Positions 61,079 through 64,000 of a stretch of 64,000 nucleotides of DNA are shown piece after piece. Each line of letters starts with the position of its first letter. The first letter of the stretch is position 1. Location: contig CAVSVU010000017.1 of NCBI GenBank assembly GCA_963731515.1, forward strand, positions 861,164 to 925,163. The letters are read 5' to 3'. This DNA is from an uncultured Actinomycetes bacterium (GTDB lineage Bacteria > Actinomycetota > Thermoleophilia > Gaiellales > JAICJC01). Position numbers and translations under genes: made by a program. The notes below the pieces were generated by a model. It was not told where the DNA came from and made no database searches. It saw only the letters and a list, made by a program, of their open reading frames with translations.

Positions 61079-61281
61079 CCCGAAGGATTGTCCACGATCG
61101 AGCCGCCGCTCCGCAGGCCGTGGCGATACCAGGGCTTCACAGCGACAGCTTGGTCGCCCGCTTGGGTTTGCGGCTGGACAAAGGTGCTGCTAGTTGAGTG
61201 ATGCGTGGTCCCATTCGCTTGACCACATGCTGCCGCGACGAGACACATGAGCATGAGGACGGCTGGGGACGATCGTCGCAT
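61000..61281 (-). CDS. Putative lipoprotein
   Basis: LVAAAC lipobox; its 3' end overlaps the GIY-YIG gene, so the true extent is doubtful. Confidence 0.35.
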   Translation of the reverse strand: MRRSSPAVLMLMCLVAAACGQANGTTHHSTSSTFVQPQTQAGDQAVAVKPWYRHGLRSGGSIVDNPSGCQPNLFGRRGSRSPFGQATVGVFQT

Positions 61282-61338
61282 GGTGCCCCATCGGCGGGCG
61301 GGGATCGGTCCTAAAAGGACTTCTCGTCCGGGGGTTGG

Positions 61339-62469
61339 TCACTCGCAGCCGAGCCCGTCGCCGTCTGCGTCGAGGCCGTATGGGTCGGACCCGCTGACGT
61401 GGTAGGTGACGCCGGGCGCGGTGTAGTACGGGCCGTTGCCGCTGCCGCCTTCGCAGTCGTAGTCAGCGCCGCCGTGGTCGACGAGGCACGGCGAGTAGCC
61501 GGGCGTGCAGTTACTTCCACTGCCGCCACTTGTGGTCTTTTTCTTGATCGTGACGGGGTGCCAGGCCGAGGCGGTCTTCTGGCCGTAGTAGATGCTGACG
61601 ACTCGGAGCCAGTATTTCCCGGGTGGTTGGACGGTGCCGGCGGAGTTCGCGCCGTTCCACTGCCAGGTGTGGGTTTGGCCGTGTCCGAGTACTCCCAGCT
61701 GGGCGATGTTGATGGTTCGGCCGGAGTTGGTGCGCACCCGCACCGTGTCGCTCGTGTCGGTATTGGCGGAGAAACTGAGTGTGGTCGAGTCGCGGTAGCC
61801 GTCCTGTTCGATGGGATAGAAGGGTGAGGGTGAGACGCGGACGTGGCTGACCCTCGGCGGGATCGGCCGCAAGCTGACGGTGACCGTCCGCCCCCTGGTC
61901 GTCTGCCCGCCGGTCGCGGCGATCAGCTGGAGGTGGAAGCGGCCGGGTCGGGCCGGCGCACCGTCGGCGGCACGACCATTCCACACCCACGAGTGCAACT
62001 TTCCTGCCGGAAGCTCCCCCAGGCGAGCGGTGCGGATGACTCGGCCGCGGCGGTCGATCACGCGGACCGTGTCGACGGCCAATGTGGGGGTGGAGAAGTA
62101 GAAGCGGGTGACGTCGCGGACACCGTCGTTTTCGATCGGATAGAACGTCGCCGGCGCTGCGCTTGAACGAATCGGCTTGGCAGGTGGTGGTGGCGTCGTT
62201 GTCGAGGAGGTCGCTGGGCTAGTAGCAGGCTGGCTCTGCGACGGACTGGTTGTCTGGGGCGCCGCCGTCGTTTTGCTCGCCTCCGAGCCGCCGCCTGTCG
62301 CCGATCCCACAACGGCCACCGACACGATCGCGACTATTGCGATTGACGCCAGTCGGCCCCACACTGGCCAGGATCGACGCCAAAGCCACCACGACACCAT
62401 CAGCGGGAGCAGCACGACCCACACGATCGCGCGCAACCACCATGGCTGGCGCTGAAGATCAGCCCACAT
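61339..62469 (-). CDS. Membrane-anchored protein with two FlgD-like Ig domains and an excalibur-like Ca-binding tail
   Basis: Duplicated FYPIE.DG.RD..W.WNG units, S/T/P-rich linker, GLDADGDGLGCE. Confidence 0.8.
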   Translation of the reverse strand: MWADLQRQPWWLRAIVWVVLLPLMVSWWLWRRSWPVWGRLASIAIVAIVSVAVVGSATGGGSEASKTTAAPQTTSPSQSQPATSPATSSTTTPPPPAKPIRSSAAPATFYPIENDGVRDVTRFYFSTPTLAVDTVRVIDRRGRVIRTARLGELPAGKLHSWVWNGRAADGAPARPGRFHLQLIAATGGQTTRGRTVTVSLRPIPPRVSHVRVSPSPFYPIEQDGYRDSTTLSFSANTDTSDTVRVRTNSGRTINIAQLGVLGHGQTHTWQWNGANSAGTVQPPGKYWLRVVSIYYGQKTASAWHPVTIKKKTTSGGSGSNCTPGYSPCLVDHGGADYDCEGGSGNGPYYTAPGVTYHVSGSDPYGLDADGDGLGCE

Positions 62470-62640
62470 CTCTCACCCCTTGCCCGCGGCCGCACACGCC
62501 GTGCCTCGACCGCCTAGCTGCCCATACCCAACGCCCGGAACCGTATCAAAGGTCGCAAGCGCGGGCGGGTTTCGTTCAGATACGAGCGCCGTCCCAGCGT
62601 CCTCGCGTCCCTGAGAGTGCGGATCCGACGCCCGGGCAGG

Positions 62641-63604
62641 TCAGGTGTCGCGTTGCGCAGCGGCTTGGATCGCGGCAGCGACGACCTGCCCGCCGACCGG
62701 GATCTTGAAGAGCGGCGCGGTCTGCCGATTGGAGGCGTGAATGCGGATTCCGTCGGAGAATGCGTCCAAGCTCGCGAGCTTGGCATACGCGGTGTCGATC
62801 GTCTTGCGCGTACCCATGAACACGACGCGCTTTGACGAGACGGAGATAATGCCGGTGTCGGCGGCCTCCAAATGCGATCCGACAACCACGCTCTTGCCGC
62901 GGAACGAACCCGTGCGGAAGCGCACACCCTTCGCGATCGGCACGCTGACGCCCCGAGACCCCCCGCGAAACTCGCGCTCGATGACCTCCTTCATCAGCGC
63001 CGCACCGGTCTCCAGATGGACAATCTCGCCGCGCTTGGCCATCAAGCGGGCTTGGCCAGCCGGCACCTCGGGAAGCCGACCGTCGTTGATGCGGGCGATC
63101 GTGAGGCGCACAAGCAACCCTTTGAACTCGGGCCGGTTCAGATCGGCTTGGGTAACCCCAAGCGCGTCACCGACCTCCTGCCAGCGCTCCTCTTCCGTCG
63201 TGGAGAGGAGATCGTCCGCGAGCAGTCCGTCCGAAAAGGCAAGCAGCGCCGCATGCGCGTCGTCCCGATGGCGCGGATCCGCCAACGCACGAAGCTCCGT
63301 CAGCGTCTGGGTCGAGTCGTCCCCACCCCGGAGCTTGGCCAGCGCAGCTCGGTAGCGATCGTCCTCGACCTTCCGCTCGTCGTGCTCCGCCTTGCGCCGA
63401 TTCAGCCACCCGCGCACACCACCCTCCGAAAGGATAGGGAGAGACGTGACGGGCGCCTGCTCAGGCGGAGCGGGCGCCGTCTTCGCCGTCGCGGGCGCGG
63501 TCTCTACGGCCGGCGCCGCCTCGCCCTTCGGAACGGCAAGTCCGCACTCCGGGCGGAAATTCGCGCCCGACGCCGAATTCTGTCCCACAGCGGGCACACC
63601 TCAC
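62641..63604 (-). CDS. Hypothetical protein with Zn-ribbon N-terminus (frameshifted) and TerB-like middle
   Basis: GTG 63604 gives MRCARCG; main frame ANFRPECG, FSDGLLADDLLSTTEEERW, C-terminal GGSRGVSVPIAKGVRFR. Confidence 0.65.
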
Positions 63605-63644
63605 CGCCCGACCCTACCGCGAATCGTCGACGACGTCGTGCAGA

Positions 63645-63911
63645 TCACCGGTGATGCAGCCGAGCCGGATTCCCGGAGCACGTAAACCCGTACTTGAGGT
63701 ACTGCTGCTTGTAGCGGAGGGAGCAGTATTCGCCCGCTCGGAGGCACTTCACGACACCGCCGATTGTTCCCTTGACATAGCCAGACCCGCACGTCTTGGC
63801 CGGCACGAGCGTGACCGCAGCCGTCGCGTGCTGAGAGGCGTGCGCCGACGCAGTCGTCGGGACGATTAATGCCAGCGCCGTCATCACTACGGCCGTCATG
63901 CGCTTGTTCAA
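63645..63911 (-). CDS. Small secreted Cys-rich protein (88 aa)
   Basis: Signal peptide, C..GY..C LRAGEYC..YGFTC; GGAGGAA RBS. Confidence 0.7.
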   Translation of the reverse strand: MNKRMTAVVMTALALIVPTTASAHASQHATAAVTLVPAKTCGSGYVKGTIGGVVKCLRAGEYCSLRYKQQYLKYGFTCSGNPARLHHR

Positions 63912-64000
63912 GGGAGTTCCTCCTAGGTCGATCCGGACCAGTCTGTTATCGACACTGCCGCTGAACTCCTGAGGGTCGGACGCGCGAGACCACCCAACAG

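Larger units (their letters stand above)
43853..64000. mobile_element. Genomic island containing a casposon-type element; right end not in window
   Basis: Abrupt rise in A/T and change of codon usage at the interrupted regulator; PolB + Cas1-solo + HNH + HTH core with defence and secreted cargo. Confidence 0.85.

Noticed and set aside
43853-64000. tRNA-targeted integrative element or prophage
   Set aside because: No tRNA, tyrosine or serine integrase, or phage structural genes in the window; one beyond 64,000 cannot be excluded.

Overview
High-GC actinobacterial DNA; gene content and style suggest Thermoleophilia/Gaiellales (inference). It has scattered single-base indels, several in essential genes, so these are probably sequencing errors. 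Positions 1-43.85 kb are core chromosome: a tandem GT4 glycosyltransferase, gltX, nfo, arfB, an SDR, gcvT-H-PA-PB, a dcw cluster (mraZ to ftsZ), an NlpC/P60 hydrolase, an RpoD-like sigma factor and an NrtR-regulated NAD salvage operon. That operon encodes an in-frame nicotinamidase-NAD synthetase (PncA-NadE) fusion. A DUF929-VKOR pair, a Tad pilus locus and a sensor-less histidine kinase follow. At about 43,853 an OmpR-type response regulator gene is cut off by a compositionally distinct island that runs to the window end. The island carries a casposon-type core: family B DNA polymerase, HNH-like protein, HTH proteins and a stand-alone Cas1 with a Zn-finger/HTH tail, with no CRISPR array or cas2. 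Its cargo includes an HsdR_N-nuclease/P-loop ATPase gene, an McrBC-like system with three tandem EVE/PUA-like domains, a GIY-YIG-like nuclease hidden by a frameshift, and several small secreted Cys-rich proteins. No terminal inverted repeats could be paired inside the window. Top leads are the casposon with defence cargo inserted in a regulator gene and the PncA-NadE fusion.
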